A stretch of 64,000 nt of DNA from Patescibacteria group bacterium (GTDB lineage: Bacteria > Patescibacteriota > Minisyncoccia > Phycocordibacterales > UBA2100), in NCBI GenBank assembly GCA_021731295.1, contig JAKFXQ010000001.1, positions 1,636 to 65,635 on the forward strand, given 5' to 3'. The notes beneath the pieces were generated by a model, which ran no database searches, had not been told where the DNA came from, and saw nothing but the letters and a program-made list of their open reading frames with translations. Shown here piece by piece: positions 26,404 to 35,635 of this stretch; positions within the stretch are counted from its first letter, which is position 1, and each line of letters opens with the position of its first letter. The translations under genes were made by a program, and so were the position numbers.

Positions 26404-26742
26404 ATGAAGTACCGAGGCGGATGCCATTGCGGCGCAGTAACGTACGAAGTGGAAACGGATATGCCGAGCGTGCTTCAGTGCAACTGCTCACACTGTAATA
26501 TCAAAAGCTTGCTACTCGATTTCGTTGATGAGGATAAATTCACGCTGACCTCGGGTGCCGACAATCTCACGGAGTATCTGTTTAATAAAAACGTCATTCA
26601 GCATCTCTTTTGTAAAACATGTGGCGTAGAGTCTTTCGCCAAGGGCATCGCCTTCCCCAAAGTCGCCATCAATGTTCGCTGTCTCAAGGGTGTGGATACG
26701 AGCACGCTTACGCTCACTCCGTACGACGGGAAGGATTTGTAG
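26404..26742 (+). CDS. GFA/CENP-V family zinc protein
   Basis: GGCHCGAV, CNCSHC, FCKTCG, AINVRCL. Confidence 0.92.
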   Translation: MKYRGGCHCGAVTYEVETDMPSVLQCNCSHCNIKSLLLDFVDEDKFTLTSGADNLTEYLFNKNVIQHLFCKTCGVESFAKGIAFPKVAINVRCLKGVDTSTLTLTPYDGKDL

Positions 26743-26751
26743 CTTCCCCAT

Positions 26752-26784
26752 AAAAAACGCGGGGCGAGCTGTGATGCTCGCCCC
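26752..26784 (-). terminator. Intrinsic terminator after the 44-aa micro-ORF
   Basis: GGGGCGAGC/GCTCGCCCC stem followed by GCGTTTTTT on the minus strand. Confidence 0.7.
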
Positions 26785-26818
26785 AACGGCCGCTACGCGG
26801 CATTCGGCCGACGTAGGC

Positions 26819-26953
26819 CTACTTCGGAACCTTGACGTGGGCGGTGCCCGATTGCTTCGATCCCGACGACTTGTTGAGGTTGCGAGCGTTGCTGTAGCTC
26901 GTTCCCGACACCGGCCGTCCACCGCCTGAAGAACTCTTCTTATCCTCGGCCAT
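26819..26953 (-). CDS. 44-aa S/G/K-rich microprotein, not in the ORF track
   Basis: MAEDKKSSSGGGRPVSGTSYSNARNLNKSSGSKQSGTAHVKVPK; SD AAAGGAGG; TTGACA-16-TATCCT promoter; own terminator. Confidence 0.7.
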   Translation of the reverse strand: MAEDKKSSSGGGRPVSGTSYSNARNLNKSSGSKQSGTAHVKVPK

Positions 26954-27001
26954 CGCTGGCCTCCTTTCTCTTTTGCCCGCGACTCACGGTCGCGTGGGGC
27001 T

Positions 27002-27075
27002 AGGATACGCATTGAGCTGTCGGTGTCAACCGTGCGCCCACGCCAAATTGACATACCGCCGCATCGTGGTACTTT
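27002..27075. promoter_or_regulatory. Back-to-back divergent sigma70 promoters
   Basis: Minus strand: TTGACA(27029-27024)-16-TATCCT. Plus strand: TTGACA(27048-27053)-16-TACTTT(27070-27075). Confidence 0.65.
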
Positions 27076-27115
27076 TCTCGTGGCCATAGGGCCTCACTTC
27101 ACAGGAGTTTAAGAG

Positions 27116-27634
27116 ATGACGGTCATTACACCGAAGTTCCTTAATGCCAACGTCGCCGAGCGCGCATTGGACCTTGTCGTCACTGGCATCTTCTACAGCA
27201 GTCAGATGAAGGACGTCCTCAACAAACACATGGGCCACATCGTCGTGCTCGTGCCGTCTATCAAGGTCGTCCCGGCGGGCGCGGACAGGAACGTTCAAAC
27301 TGTCTTGCCTTTCCTCCTTGCAACGAGGGACATCGGCGACAAGTCGCAGTGGACGAGCCCCTACGACAAGATTGCGCTCAACAAGGGTACTCAGCTCTGG
27401 TATGACCGGAACGCAGACGGCGCCACTGATTGCCAGCCGCATCTGCTGTACTTAGGCGACACCCCGTACTGGGGTGGCGTAAAGAGACACGGCATCGTCG
27501 TCGCCTGCTCCGGAGTGCAGTCCTTCTTCGACCAGATGCTGTCGGGAATGGTGGCCGACGCCATCAAGGCCTTCGCTCGATTCGAATTCGAGACGAGCGA
27601 GGACAAGCTCCAGAAGCGCGCGTTCTTGACGTAA
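27116..27634 (+). CDS. Hypothetical protein, possibly GlcG/HbpS-like fold
   Basis: IALNK...YWGGVKRHGIVVACSGVQSFFDQM resembles the GlcG C-terminal GG....G....SG....D pattern; SD AGGAG. Confidence 0.6.
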   Translation: MTVITPKFLNANVAERALDLVVTGIFYSSQMKDVLNKHMGHIVVLVPSIKVVPAGADRNVQTVLPFLLATRDIGDKSQWTSPYDKIALNKGTQLWYDRNADGATDCQPHLLYLGDTPYWGGVKRHGIVVACSGVQSFFDQMLSGMVADAIKAFARFEFETSEDKLQKRAFLT

Positions 27635-27636
27635 TC

Positions 27637-27692
27637 ACGACCCGCAGAAGCGACCCGCAAGGCCACGCTTCTGCGGGTCGTCTTCTTTTTTT
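27637..27692 (+). terminator. Intrinsic terminator
   Basis: ACGACCCGCAGAAGCG/CGCTTCTGCGGGTCGT 16-bp stem plus T-tract. Confidence 0.75.
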
Positions 27693-27787
27693 CGCACTTG
27701 TTGCCGCCGCTGACAGCCGAAGGCAAACGTGATACACAGCGGATGGTCTGCACATTGGCAGCCTAAGCAACACGGAGACTGCAGAGA

Positions 27788-28189
27788 ATGACACAGGCAC
27801 GATACAGCGCTGAAAACCTACCAGCGTGCATCATCTACGAGAGCCTCCATCAGAACTTCTCCTTGCCGGAGGTGCCGTCACTATTCGAGCACCTATCGTT
27901 CGAGCAGCTCAAACAACTGGGCGTCGGCGCGACTATCTGGGTTGAAGGGAGGGTAGACGTCGGTGAGACGATATATGATGGCCGCAGTGTGCAACGATAC
28001 ACGCGTGTGAGCATTGTGGCCTTGGCTGAGACCGCGGAAAAATGGTACTACACCTACGCAGGTCCTTTGCTCCGAATGGAGGGCGAACTGACTAAGCAAG
28101 GTCAGTGGTCGGGCGACACCTATCGCTGCGCGGACACCGAGAAGCTCGTTGAGATCGCCAATCGGATACCCCTCGCGACGGGACACTAG
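27788..28189 (+). CDS. Hypothetical protein
   Basis: 133 aa ORF followed by the AACAGCCGCC/GGCGGCTGTT terminator at 28211-28247. Confidence 0.6.
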   Translation: MTQARYSAENLPACIIYESLHQNFSLPEVPSLFEHLSFEQLKQLGVGATIWVEGRVDVGETIYDGRSVQRYTRVSIVALAETAEKWYYTYAGPLLRMEGELTKQGQWSGDTYRCADTEKLVEIANRIPLATGH

Positions 28190-28276
28190 TCCCTGCCTGA
28201 CACGCCGCTCAACAGCCGCCCTTCGACAAGGCGGCTGTTTCGTTTTTGGTGTCGCACGTTTTGATACAATCACTCC

Positions 28277-28747
28277 ATGCATGGAGGTCGTCTCATAATT
28301 GGCGTTGTCGTCCTCGCGGTCTTCGCAGTGCTGGTGTATTTCAATTCGCAAGCGCTCCAGAACATGATGAATACCCCGCCCCAGACGCCCACACCAGAAG
28401 AAGCCGCGACAGTAGCAACTGTCGCGTGGCACGTGGAGCGAGCAAATCCTGACGTTACAGAAGACGACTATCGTTTCTATGAGCACGCAATTTCAATTGA
28501 CGTGACATTCGCTGATGGAACTACGGAGCGGTACCCGCTGGGAAACGCGTACGGATGCAACGACGCCTCGGCGATGCCATACCAAGACGGCACACGACAG
28601 ATTTATGGTGAGCTGAACTGCTACTTTGCCGCGAGCGGCACCGACTTCACGGCATTCACCGAGAACGGCACGTTCATGGTAGAGCGATTCAAAGACGACG
28701 CATCAGGTGAGACAGCCGGAGAAACAACCGTCGTGTTGGAACTCTAA
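28277..28747 (+). CDS. Hypothetical membrane-anchored protein
   Basis: N-terminal TM, acidic domain with two Cys; ATG 6 nt after TACAAT. Confidence 0.72.
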   Translation: MHGGRLIIGVVVLAVFAVLVYFNSQALQNMMNTPPQTPTPEEAATVATVAWHVERANPDVTEDDYRFYEHAISIDVTFADGTTERYPLGNAYGCNDASAMPYQDGTRQIYGELNCYFAASGTDFTAFTENGTFMVERFKDDASGETAGETTVVLEL

Positions 28748-29061
28748 CGTCCACGCAACTCGCCAGGGAGGAAATCGAGCGAGTCCATCGCGGTATCTTT
28801 GTCAGGCCAGCGAAACGCGAACACTTTCTTAAGTTCGTCGAACCGTTGCTGAAGTCGGAAGACGGCGAGCAACAGTGCTTGGATACTGTCCACTCCCCCA
28901 GTGTCGTGCTCCTCGTCCTCTATGCCAACGATGCGTGCGAGACAGAAATAATTTTTCCCATCATCCGCACTTCTGGGCGCGTGTACTTCAAACGTTACTT
29001 CGCGCGTCTGCCCTGTCTTCATGTCGAAGGCGAATACTTTCCTGCTGGCAATTGGCTTCAT
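28744..29061 (-). CDS. Small hypothetical protein (DUF6968-like)
   Basis: IASR.F...P....YFC...I.G......GGVDSIQALLLA pattern; ATG 6 nt after TATAAT. Confidence 0.7.
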   Translation of the reverse strand: MKPIASRKVFAFDMKTGQTREVTFEVHAPRSADDGKNYFCLARIVGIEDEEHDTGGVDSIQALLLAVFRLQQRFDELKKVFAFRWPDKDTAMDSLDFLPGELRGR

Positions 29062-29104
29062 AGAGGGATTATACTTGGACTATTACTTCTTACCTCATAG
29101 CCGT

Positions 29105-29455
29105 ATGCAGAAATTTATCGTGTTGTATTGCATGCCCATCGCTGGATTAGACGAGTGGCTCAAGATTCCCGAAGCGGAACGAAAGACGCAGGAGAACGAT
29201 TTAAAAACTAAGTGGGATGTGTGGGCCGCTGCGCACGCGGCACAACTGACACAGCCGACTTCCGGCGTGGGAAAGACAAAGCGCGTGACGCCTGCTGGTA
29301 TTGCAGATGCTAAGAACGACGTCATGCTCTACACCATCGTGCAGGGCGAATCCCACGACGCTGTTGCCAAGATGTTCGAAGGTCATCCCCACCTCGAAAT
29401 TCCGGGAGCGTGGATTGATATCTCCACCGCAAACGATTTGCCCGGGATGAACTAG
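29105..29455 (+). CDS. YCII-like dimeric alpha-beta barrel protein
   Basis: KFIVLY...W..W...YTIVQGESHDAVAKMFEGHPHL...IDI. Confidence 0.7.
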   Translation: MQKFIVLYCMPIAGLDEWLKIPEAERKTQENDLKTKWDVWAAAHAAQLTQPTSGVGKTKRVTPAGIADAKNDVMLYTIVQGESHDAVAKMFEGHPHLEIPGAWIDISTANDLPGMN

Positions 29456-29536
29456 GGGGCCCTCAGAGGCTACGTAGACGGATTCGTGTTTCTGTGTCAT
29501 TGTGCTTTCCGGTAACAACAATCGAGAGTATGTGGC

Positions 29537-29881
29537 ATGAGACGAGTCTACACGGAGACTAAGTTCATCGGCGGATACCAAGGCACGTGGCGTGCTCGGG
29601 TCGTACTTGATGCGTGGCACTACGGAGAAGCGTTCGCACGGAGCGAAGCGGACGCCATTCGGAAGGCAGAGGGCGCAGCGAGGGACCGGTACGCTCCCTT
29701 CTGGGCGCATCGGAATCGTCACACGATTGTCACGTGTGTCGTGACGCCTCCGGCCGAGCCGAAGTGGGGCTCGAGGAACTGGAAATACCACGTTGACATC
29801 ATGCGCAGTGACGGCAAAGCCGTTACGGGCGAAGGGGTCGACGTTCGTTTCGCGGTGATGAACGCCTCAAACAAGTTCTGA
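29537..29881 (+). CDS. Hypothetical protein
   Basis: 114 aa ORF with the terminator AAGGGCCGC/GCGGCCCTT at 29901-29923. Confidence 0.6.
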   Translation: MRRVYTETKFIGGYQGTWRARVVLDAWHYGEAFARSEADAIRKAEGAARDRYAPFWAHRNRHTIVTCVVTPPAEPKWGSRNWKYHVDIMRSDGKAVTGEGVDVRFAVMNASNKF

Positions 29882-29946
29882 TCCGCCGAGAAGCATTGCC
29901 AAGGGCCGCATCACGCGGCCCTTTCGGTTTCTGAACTCTTCCACCT

Positions 29947-30432
29947 CTAGCCTGAAATCTGAAGATACTTGGTACTCCCGTTCCATCCTTCCGGACCTTG
30001 GAGGATACCTGTACCGCCACCAGCCGTCGGCACCGTAAGCGTGGGTAATGTCACCGGCTCGTCGTCGTTTTCGAGATTCGCATACAGAGCGCAGCGACCG
30101 TCCGCGCCATAGATATAGCGATAGTACGATTGTTCGTCGTTTCCGAGGCGCGGATCGCGGGGGAACGCAGCCTGATATTGTGCAGCCTGTGGGAAGCGCG
30201 CGATGATTTCTGGAATGAGCGTCACAATGTCGTATGTGCCCGGACCCGCCTCCGGCGCGAAGCATCCGCCCGCAGTAATGAGTCGTCCCATTTGATTGAG
30301 TTCAGCTTTTCGGCGCGCATCACGCCCCTTACCGTAGACGCTCGTCAGCGAGACCATCACGATTGCTGCAAGAATGCCGATAATTGCAACGACGACGAGT
30401 AGTTCTATGAGCGTGAATCCACGAGAACGCAT
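29947..30432 (-). CDS. Type IV pilin / type II pseudopilin (prepilin N-methylation motif)
   Basis: MRSRG|[40 protein letters not shown]. Confidence 0.92.
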   Translation of the reverse strand: MRSRGFTLIELLVVVAIIGILAAIVMVSLTSVYGKGRDARRKAELNQMGRLITAGGCFAPEAGPGTYDIVTLIPEIIARFPQAAQYQAAFPRDPRLGNDEQSYYRYIYGADGRCALYANLENDDEPVTLPTLTVPTAGGGTGILQGPEGWNGSTKYLQISG

Positions 30433-30451
30433 GCAGAAAGTATAGCGCGCA

Positions 30452-31618
30452 CTACGGCACTCGCTGATACTGGTCACACTCGATACCCTCATGCTGAAGC
30501 TGACGACAGAGCGCATCGCGTGCGCGTGTGTCATAGAAACCAAACAAGTACTGCATGGCATTTGATATGCATGCACTGTAGCTCACTCCTGTCGCGACCA
30601 TATCGCTACAGAATCTCGTTACGCGCGTGTGCTGATTCCGCGGCACGCCCAGTTTCGCGAGCCCGAGTGCGTAGCCGATGGCACACGATTCTTTCATGCT
30701 CGCGTCCAGGATCGAACATGACTCGAGTCCATCACTGTCTGAATCTCTTGCAACAGCAAGCCTCCCTGCTTCATAAGAAAGTGCTCGCATCAGATATATT
30801 CGAGCGGTAGACGAAAGATTCGGCAGTGCCTGCACACTTTCGGCTCCCTCGACAATGCTTGGCATACGTGACAGCGGATCTTCTTCGCCGACTAGAGATA
30901 CTGCTGCCCACTTAAAATTGCCCTCACAGGGGCCCTGTTCGTCTTCAGGAAACTGACTGCACAGAGCGAGCGGATAGTCGCGGATTGCCGAGAGTCCATA
31001 TCGGCTTCTGCCTACCTCAATGCCGACGAAGTTAAATGCTCCAGACACACAGGCAATGTACTCGTCGCGTGTCGTGGCATGTTGCGAACAACCACTACGA
31101 GCTCGCTCGAGCATTGCGATTGCATCGCCGTACAGACTCGTGTCTGCAAAAGGAAGTCCGCGTCCTATTCCGCGAAAACACTCGAATGCCGCATCCGGGA
31201 CGATTTCCGCTATCGAGTCTCGAACGGACGAGCAAAAAGCGGCGGCGCCCGCCGTATCTCCACCCTGGGCGCGAGAGCGAGAAAACCCTTCAATTAATCC
31301 GTAATTACATACGGTTTCGAGAGGATTGTGTTCCTGCGAAAACGCCTCTCCCCGCTCTGCAATCTTGATGCCTGTCTGTGACGCAGTACGTCGGCAGTGC
31401 GGACGAAACAAGGGCTCGCGGTCGTAGAGGCGCCGAAGGCGCAACGCGACCTGTTCGAGGCTCGCGTCCGTATCTTGTGCGAGCACACTGGAGACACACG
31501 TCGATGTAAAGTCTGGGCATAGGCGCCTCACCGCTGCAACGTCTTCCCGCTGTTGCCAGAATGCGTACAAGGCAGCGACAATACTGACGAAGGCTACAAA
31601 CTGTGCGGTGCGTCGCAT
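30452..31618 (-). CDS. Cys-rich helical repeat extracytoplasmic protein
   Basis: N-terminal TM; recurring C-x(9-14)-CxxG motifs (CNYG, CFRG, CVSG, CEGN, CAIG). Confidence 0.72.
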   Translation of the reverse strand: MRRTAQFVAFVSIVAALYAFWQQREDVAAVRRLCPDFTSTCVSSVLAQDTDASLEQVALRLRRLYDREPLFRPHCRRTASQTGIKIAERGEAFSQEHNPLETVCNYGLIEGFSRSRAQGGDTAGAAAFCSSVRDSIAEIVPDAAFECFRGIGRGLPFADTSLYGDAIAMLERARSGCSQHATTRDEYIACVSGAFNFVGIEVGRSRYGLSAIRDYPLALCSQFPEDEQGPCEGNFKWAAVSLVGEEDPLSRMPSIVEGAESVQALPNLSSTARIYLMRALSYEAGRLAVARDSDSDGLESCSILDASMKESCAIGYALGLAKLGVPRNQHTRVTRFCSDMVATGVSYSACISNAMQYLFGFYDTRARDALCRQLQHEGIECDQYQRVP

Positions 31619-31679
31619 GAAAGTCCATAATTGCACGATGAGTTTCTGGTGCAACCCGCACATGTTGTAGAATGTGTTC

Positions 31680-32189
31680 ATGGCACTACGATGGACAATC
31701 GCGATTGCGCTCCTGGGGCTTGCGGGAGGTTTTTATGCACTCAATACGTATATCTACACGGAGAAGCAGGCGGAGCTTGCGCCGGCGCCGCTTGATGGCG
31801 TTCACCTCGGATTCATCCGTGCGCTCATTGACGACGATACGGCAGTCTACTTTGACGATGCTACCTGGCTCACCGGCGATGCTGGTATTGATGCGGCCAT
31901 AGCGGCAGGAATGTGTTCCGAAGAGACACGTGGTGAATGTCTCCCGAATGACTTCTTCATCAGGAATGATGACACTACGGAAACGCGACTAACGCTTCGT
32001 GCTGATGCTCGCATTGTCATGCTGACGCATGGCATGGAAACATCCGGAGAAGTCGCGCCGCGCACGATAAGCGTCGCCGATTTTTCCGCACTCGTGAATG
32101 ACGCGGCACTTCATTGGCGAACCCTGCCCTACGAAATCACCGTCTCTCAAGGAGATGTTGTAGAAATAGCGGAAGTCTACGTCCCCTGA
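31680..32189 (+). CDS. Hypothetical membrane-anchored protein
   Basis: N-terminal TM (GGFYALNTYIYTEKQ); PNDFFIRN...EVYVP C-terminus. Confidence 0.72.
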   Translation: MALRWTIAIALLGLAGGFYALNTYIYTEKQAELAPAPLDGVHLGFIRALIDDDTAVYFDDATWLTGDAGIDAAIAAGMCSEETRGECLPNDFFIRNDDTTETRLTLRADARIVMLTHGMETSGEVAPRTISVADFSALVNDAALHWRTLPYEITVSQGDVVEIAEVYVP

Positions 32190-32282
32190 TGCGCCTTAAA
32201 CGGACGCACGCTGGGGAGATAGTCTCTGGCGGTCTTCTCTTTGCACTAGAGCGGCTTCTTCTTTCTGATATGCTACGCCTCC

Positions 32283-32672
32283 ATGACGCCGTACAAGCTC
32301 ATCGTAAAACGCTCGCACAGTGGCCGTGGTCTTTTCGCCGCCCAAGACATACCGAAAGGCGTGCGCATCATTGAGTACATCGGGCGGCCCGTTTCCCCCG
32401 AGGAGCAGCGACGCGACAGCGGAAAGTATCTGTTCTGGGCGAGCGAAACGGAAATGATTGACGGCAACATCAAAGAGAACACTGCCCGCTTTATAAATCA
32501 TTCCTGCCGTCCTAACTGCGTTGCGGGCGGCCCTGATGGTCGGGTGTACATCGAATCACGCCGACGCATAAAAGCGGGCGAAGAACTCACCTACGATTAC
32601 GGCATCGAGTACTTCTTGCGGCACATTCAGCCGCATGGCTGTCGCTGCGTAAAGTGCGTGGAAATTGCCTAG
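32283..32672 (+). CDS. SET domain lysine methyltransferase-like protein
   Basis: GRGLFA, IIEYIG, ARFINHSCRPNC, GEELTYDYG, post-SET CRCxxC. Confidence 0.93.
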   Translation: MTPYKLIVKRSHSGRGLFAAQDIPKGVRIIEYIGRPVSPEEQRRDSGKYLFWASETEMIDGNIKENTARFINHSCRPNCVAGGPDGRVYIESRRRIKAGEELTYDYGIEYFLRHIQPHGCRCVKCVEIA

Positions 32673-33406
32673 CGGGCCTGAATGAGAATGCCAAAATCGG
32701 TCGAATCCACGTGCCCGTCGAGATTAAAGTCATAGCGCGCATCGCCGCCGAACATATTCATCATGAAGATACTCATGTCCGCTAACGTCTGACGACCGTC
32801 GCCATTCAAGTCGGTGGATGGTGGTGTGCGTGTAACGACGAAGGTCGAACTGCCTCCGGTCTGCGCCGAATCCATCTCTTCAGATACTGTGACGATAGCG
32901 TCGATGGGAAGTTTGATGGCGGCATCCGTGCCCAGTCCATCGTGAAGAAGAATACGCGGCTGACGCAGTGCTATTGCACCATCACCCTCCGTCTTCGTTA
33001 TGAACGTAACGGTAATGAGTGTTCCAATGCCGGTAAAACCGCCTTTCGCAGATGTTCCGCCGCCGAAGTTAATGGTGCCCGCTCCGTTTTCGTACCACGG
33101 TCGTGTTACCCAAATGTCGGCGATGGACGTGTTGTAATCAATGGAAACCACTTCGAGTACATCCGGGCTAAACAGAATGTCTCCCGCGAACACATTCGCA
33201 GGCTTCTCAGCCTCAACAACCACCTGAATCGCAAACGTATCTCCCGGTTCGACGGCTGTATGCTGTGGGGAAAGTCGCATATCTGCTATAGGCTCTTCCC
33301 CTGTCATGGAGAAACCGGTGACGGTGAGCACGCCAACAAAGAACCCGGCGATAATAACTGCCGGTGCCCTGTGCCTATGATGCAGATATCGGCGCACGCG
33401 GCGCAT
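32669..33406 (-). CDS. Cohesin domain plus C-terminal dockerin-like protein
   Basis: VEPGDTFAIQVVV...FSPDVLEVVSID...GTLITVTF (cohesin); DLNGDGRQTLADMS and DFNLDGHVDSTDFG (dockerin Ca-binding repeats). Confidence 0.82.
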   Translation of the reverse strand: MRRVRRYLHHRHRAPAVIIAGFFVGVLTVTGFSMTGEEPIADMRLSPQHTAVEPGDTFAIQVVVEAEKPANVFAGDILFSPDVLEVVSIDYNTSIADIWVTRPWYENGAGTINFGGGTSAKGGFTGIGTLITVTFITKTEGDGAIALRQPRILLHDGLGTDAAIKLPIDAIVTVSEEMDSAQTGGSSTFVVTRTPPSTDLNGDGRQTLADMSIFMMNMFGGDARYDFNLDGHVDSTDFGILIQAR

Positions 33407-33485
33407 ATGGGTTCAGTATCGCATACGCTCTGCGGTCCCAGCGCGTGCCTGTTTACAGCCGCCCTGACACGATTCACAATGCGGC

Positions 33486-33920
33486 ATGTCATGCGTCTTT
33501 TGTTCTAACGCAGAGATAGCACAACGAGCCATTGCTCGGTCCGATTTGGCGTGGGCGGTTCCCACTAACATTCCCATCGTGCCCGGACACACGCTTATAC
33601 TCCCCACACGATGTGTCGCGACATTTGAGGAGCTCACGACCAACGAGCGCGAGGTCGTGTTTTCTCTGTTTTCGCGTATCAAAAAAGCTTTGGCGGTTGC
33701 CGTCGGTGCCACCGGTTTTAACATTGCATGGAACGAAGGCGCCGTAGCGGGACAATCGGTTCCCCATTTCCATCTCCATGTGGTGCCACGCTACGAGGGC
33801 GACACGGGTATCACCGAGTATGAGCCGCGGACATTCCTCTATCGTCCCGGTAGTCGCGAAGCAACGCCTGAAGCAGAGCTGCGCGACATGGCGACACGCA
33901 TTGCGCAGGCGCTTGGGTGA
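33486..33920 (+). CDS. HIT family hydrolase
   Basis: CVFC, PGHTLILP, AGQSVPHFHLHVVPR. Confidence 0.93.
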   Translation: MSCVFCSNAEIAQRAIARSDLAWAVPTNIPIVPGHTLILPTRCVATFEELTTNEREVVFSLFSRIKKALAVAVGATGFNIAWNEGAVAGQSVPHFHLHVVPRYEGDTGITEYEPRTFLYRPGSREATPEAELRDMATRIAQALG

Positions 33921-33921
33921 A

Positions 33922-34338
33922 TTAGACGAGCCCCGGCTTCTTCGCGGCAAGCTGTATCACCTTTTTCAGCACCGGCAGGTTCACGTCTTCGAGATGGCGA
34001 AAGCGAATGCAGCTTTTCCCCACGCTAACCTTACCCAAATCGTTCTTAAACTTTTCCGCGATGTACTGCTTTCCTTCGACGGCGCAGACATAGACCGAGA
34101 TGTAATTCTTCTGGTTCGCGAGAGCGATTATCGGCCACTGTATCTTCTCCTTTTTGTAGTTCACGTACGGAAACGCGCCGTAGCCAAGCATGTTATAGGC
34201 AAAATGAGGCTTCAACTTCGGCGCAGCATCTTGAATGAACGCATGAAGCGTCTTTATAGCGGGCCTCCGATCATCCGGCACCATCCCAATATACTGAGTA
34301 ACCGTGGTGGCTTTCGTCGGGGCGAACATGTTTGCCAT
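33922..34338 (-). CDS. DUF1801 family protein
   Basis: MLGYG, LANQKNYISVY, GKSCIRF. Confidence 0.85.
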   Translation of the reverse strand: MANMFAPTKATTVTQYIGMVPDDRRPAIKTLHAFIQDAAPKLKPHFAYNMLGYGAFPYVNYKKEKIQWPIIALANQKNYISVYVCAVEGKQYIAEKFKNDLGKVSVGKSCIRFRHLEDVNLPVLKKVIQLAAKKPGLV

Positions 34339-34339
34339 A

Positions 34340-34918
34340 TCAAGGAACGAGACTGTTAAACCAGCGGAAGAAGCGTTGGGAAAGTGTCGGATTCTCGGGC
34401 ACATCATCGAGGTTGTTATAAATTCCAAGCGTGTCCTCCTCCGGAGACACGGATTCGCGATACTCTTTTATGCCCTCTGTTTTCTCGACAATTTGCGGCG
34501 TCATCTCTTTCGTAATATCTACGAGGTCGCTGACCTGATTTGGCGGCGGGATGCCATTCGATTCCGCTACAACGTCGACAACATTGCCTATGGTCTCGCG
34601 ACGCTCCTTCGTAAAGATGCTCCCCACCCAATCGGTAAAACGTTCCCACTTGCCTTTTGGCGTTGGCGGAATACTTTCGCCGTCGCCGTCGCCGTGCACG
34701 ATTATTTTTACTTCACCGTGACCGCACCCTTCCGGCGCCGGATCTGCTACACCATTCAACTCGCCGTGATAATGACGATACTCGCACGTCCCTTCATGGC
34801 GCTCGTATATGCCTCTGTCTGAAGAATCAATAAGTGTCGTCCCCACGTAGCTTTTGTGGCCTGCGGCGACAATACTCGGGAGTAGGAGGGCGAGGAGAAG
34901 AGGCAGAGCGCCTTTCAT
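34340..34918 (-). CDS. Hypothetical secreted protein
   Basis: Signal peptide; His/Cys motif RHYHGELNGVADPAPEGCGHG. Confidence 0.68.
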   Translation of the reverse strand: MKGALPLLLALLLPSIVAAGHKSYVGTTLIDSSDRGIYERHEGTCEYRHYHGELNGVADPAPEGCGHGEVKIIVHGDGDGESIPPTPKGKWERFTDWVGSIFTKERRETIGNVVDVVAESNGIPPPNQVSDLVDITKEMTPQIVEKTEGIKEYRESVSPEEDTLGIYNNLDDVPENPTLSQRFFRWFNSLVP

Positions 34919-35045
34919 AGGTTGAGCGTAGCACGTACAAGCGATGCGAGCGAGCGGATTGACATACCGTGATACTTGTCGTCCGATGCGACTTAGTGTA
35001 TGGTGCCCTTTCCGCACGGAGCGGTGTAACTGTGGAGCAAAGCAA

Positions 35046-35525
35046 ATGGTTAGCGCGAGGGTTGATACGAAGACGTATCGGGGCGTCGTGAAGTGGTACA
35101 ACCAGCAGATAGGCTATGGATTCATCGTCCCAGACGAAGCCGGCCCCGAGGTCTATCTGCCCTGGAACTCCCTGCCCGATGGTATCAAGACGGTGCCGAA
35201 CGGCATCCGGATTGAGTACACACGGAGCGAGAAAGGGACGCCGGGCGCGAAGAACGAAAAACATCGCGTGAAGCGCGTTGTCCGGCTGATTGAGCCACCA
35301 GCGGGTAGCTGGGTGCGTACCGAAGTTAAGGGCCGCACGGCCAATGGCATGACGGTGTACGCACGCGAGGTGGATCGGCCAGAATTGCCCGACATCCGCA
35401 TCGCGAGACACGTCTTCACCGCAAGCAATGTCGCAACGTTGCCATTGAATGGCACCGAGCTCGACGTCGTCGTCATGGCGGACGACAACGGTCGCCAGGC
35501 AACGATGGTACGCGTAGTGGACTGA
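35046..35525 (+). CDS. Cold-shock domain protein with a second OB-like domain
   Basis: RGVVKWYNQQIGYGFIVPDEAGPEVYL (CSD RNP motifs); SD GGAG; terminator at 35559-35583. Confidence 0.8.
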   Translation: MVSARVDTKTYRGVVKWYNQQIGYGFIVPDEAGPEVYLPWNSLPDGIKTVPNGIRIEYTRSEKGTPGAKNEKHRVKRVVRLIEPPAGSWVRTEVKGRTANGMTVYAREVDRPELPDIRIARHVFTASNVATLPLNGTELDVVVMADDNGRQATMVRVVD

Positions 35526-35635
35526 CCCTACGCAGTATCACGTGAACGCAATGACTCTAGGGGCCGCAGCAATGCGGCCCCTTCGTTATTACCCACATAT
35601 GCTATCCTGTTTCTGTTATACATTTACCTCACACT

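Noticed and set aside
27700-27787. GGCAAAC in the leader of the 27788 gene as a possible c-di-GMP-I riboswitch
   Set aside because: The GNRA-capped P2 and the GACGCAAAG continuation are absent.
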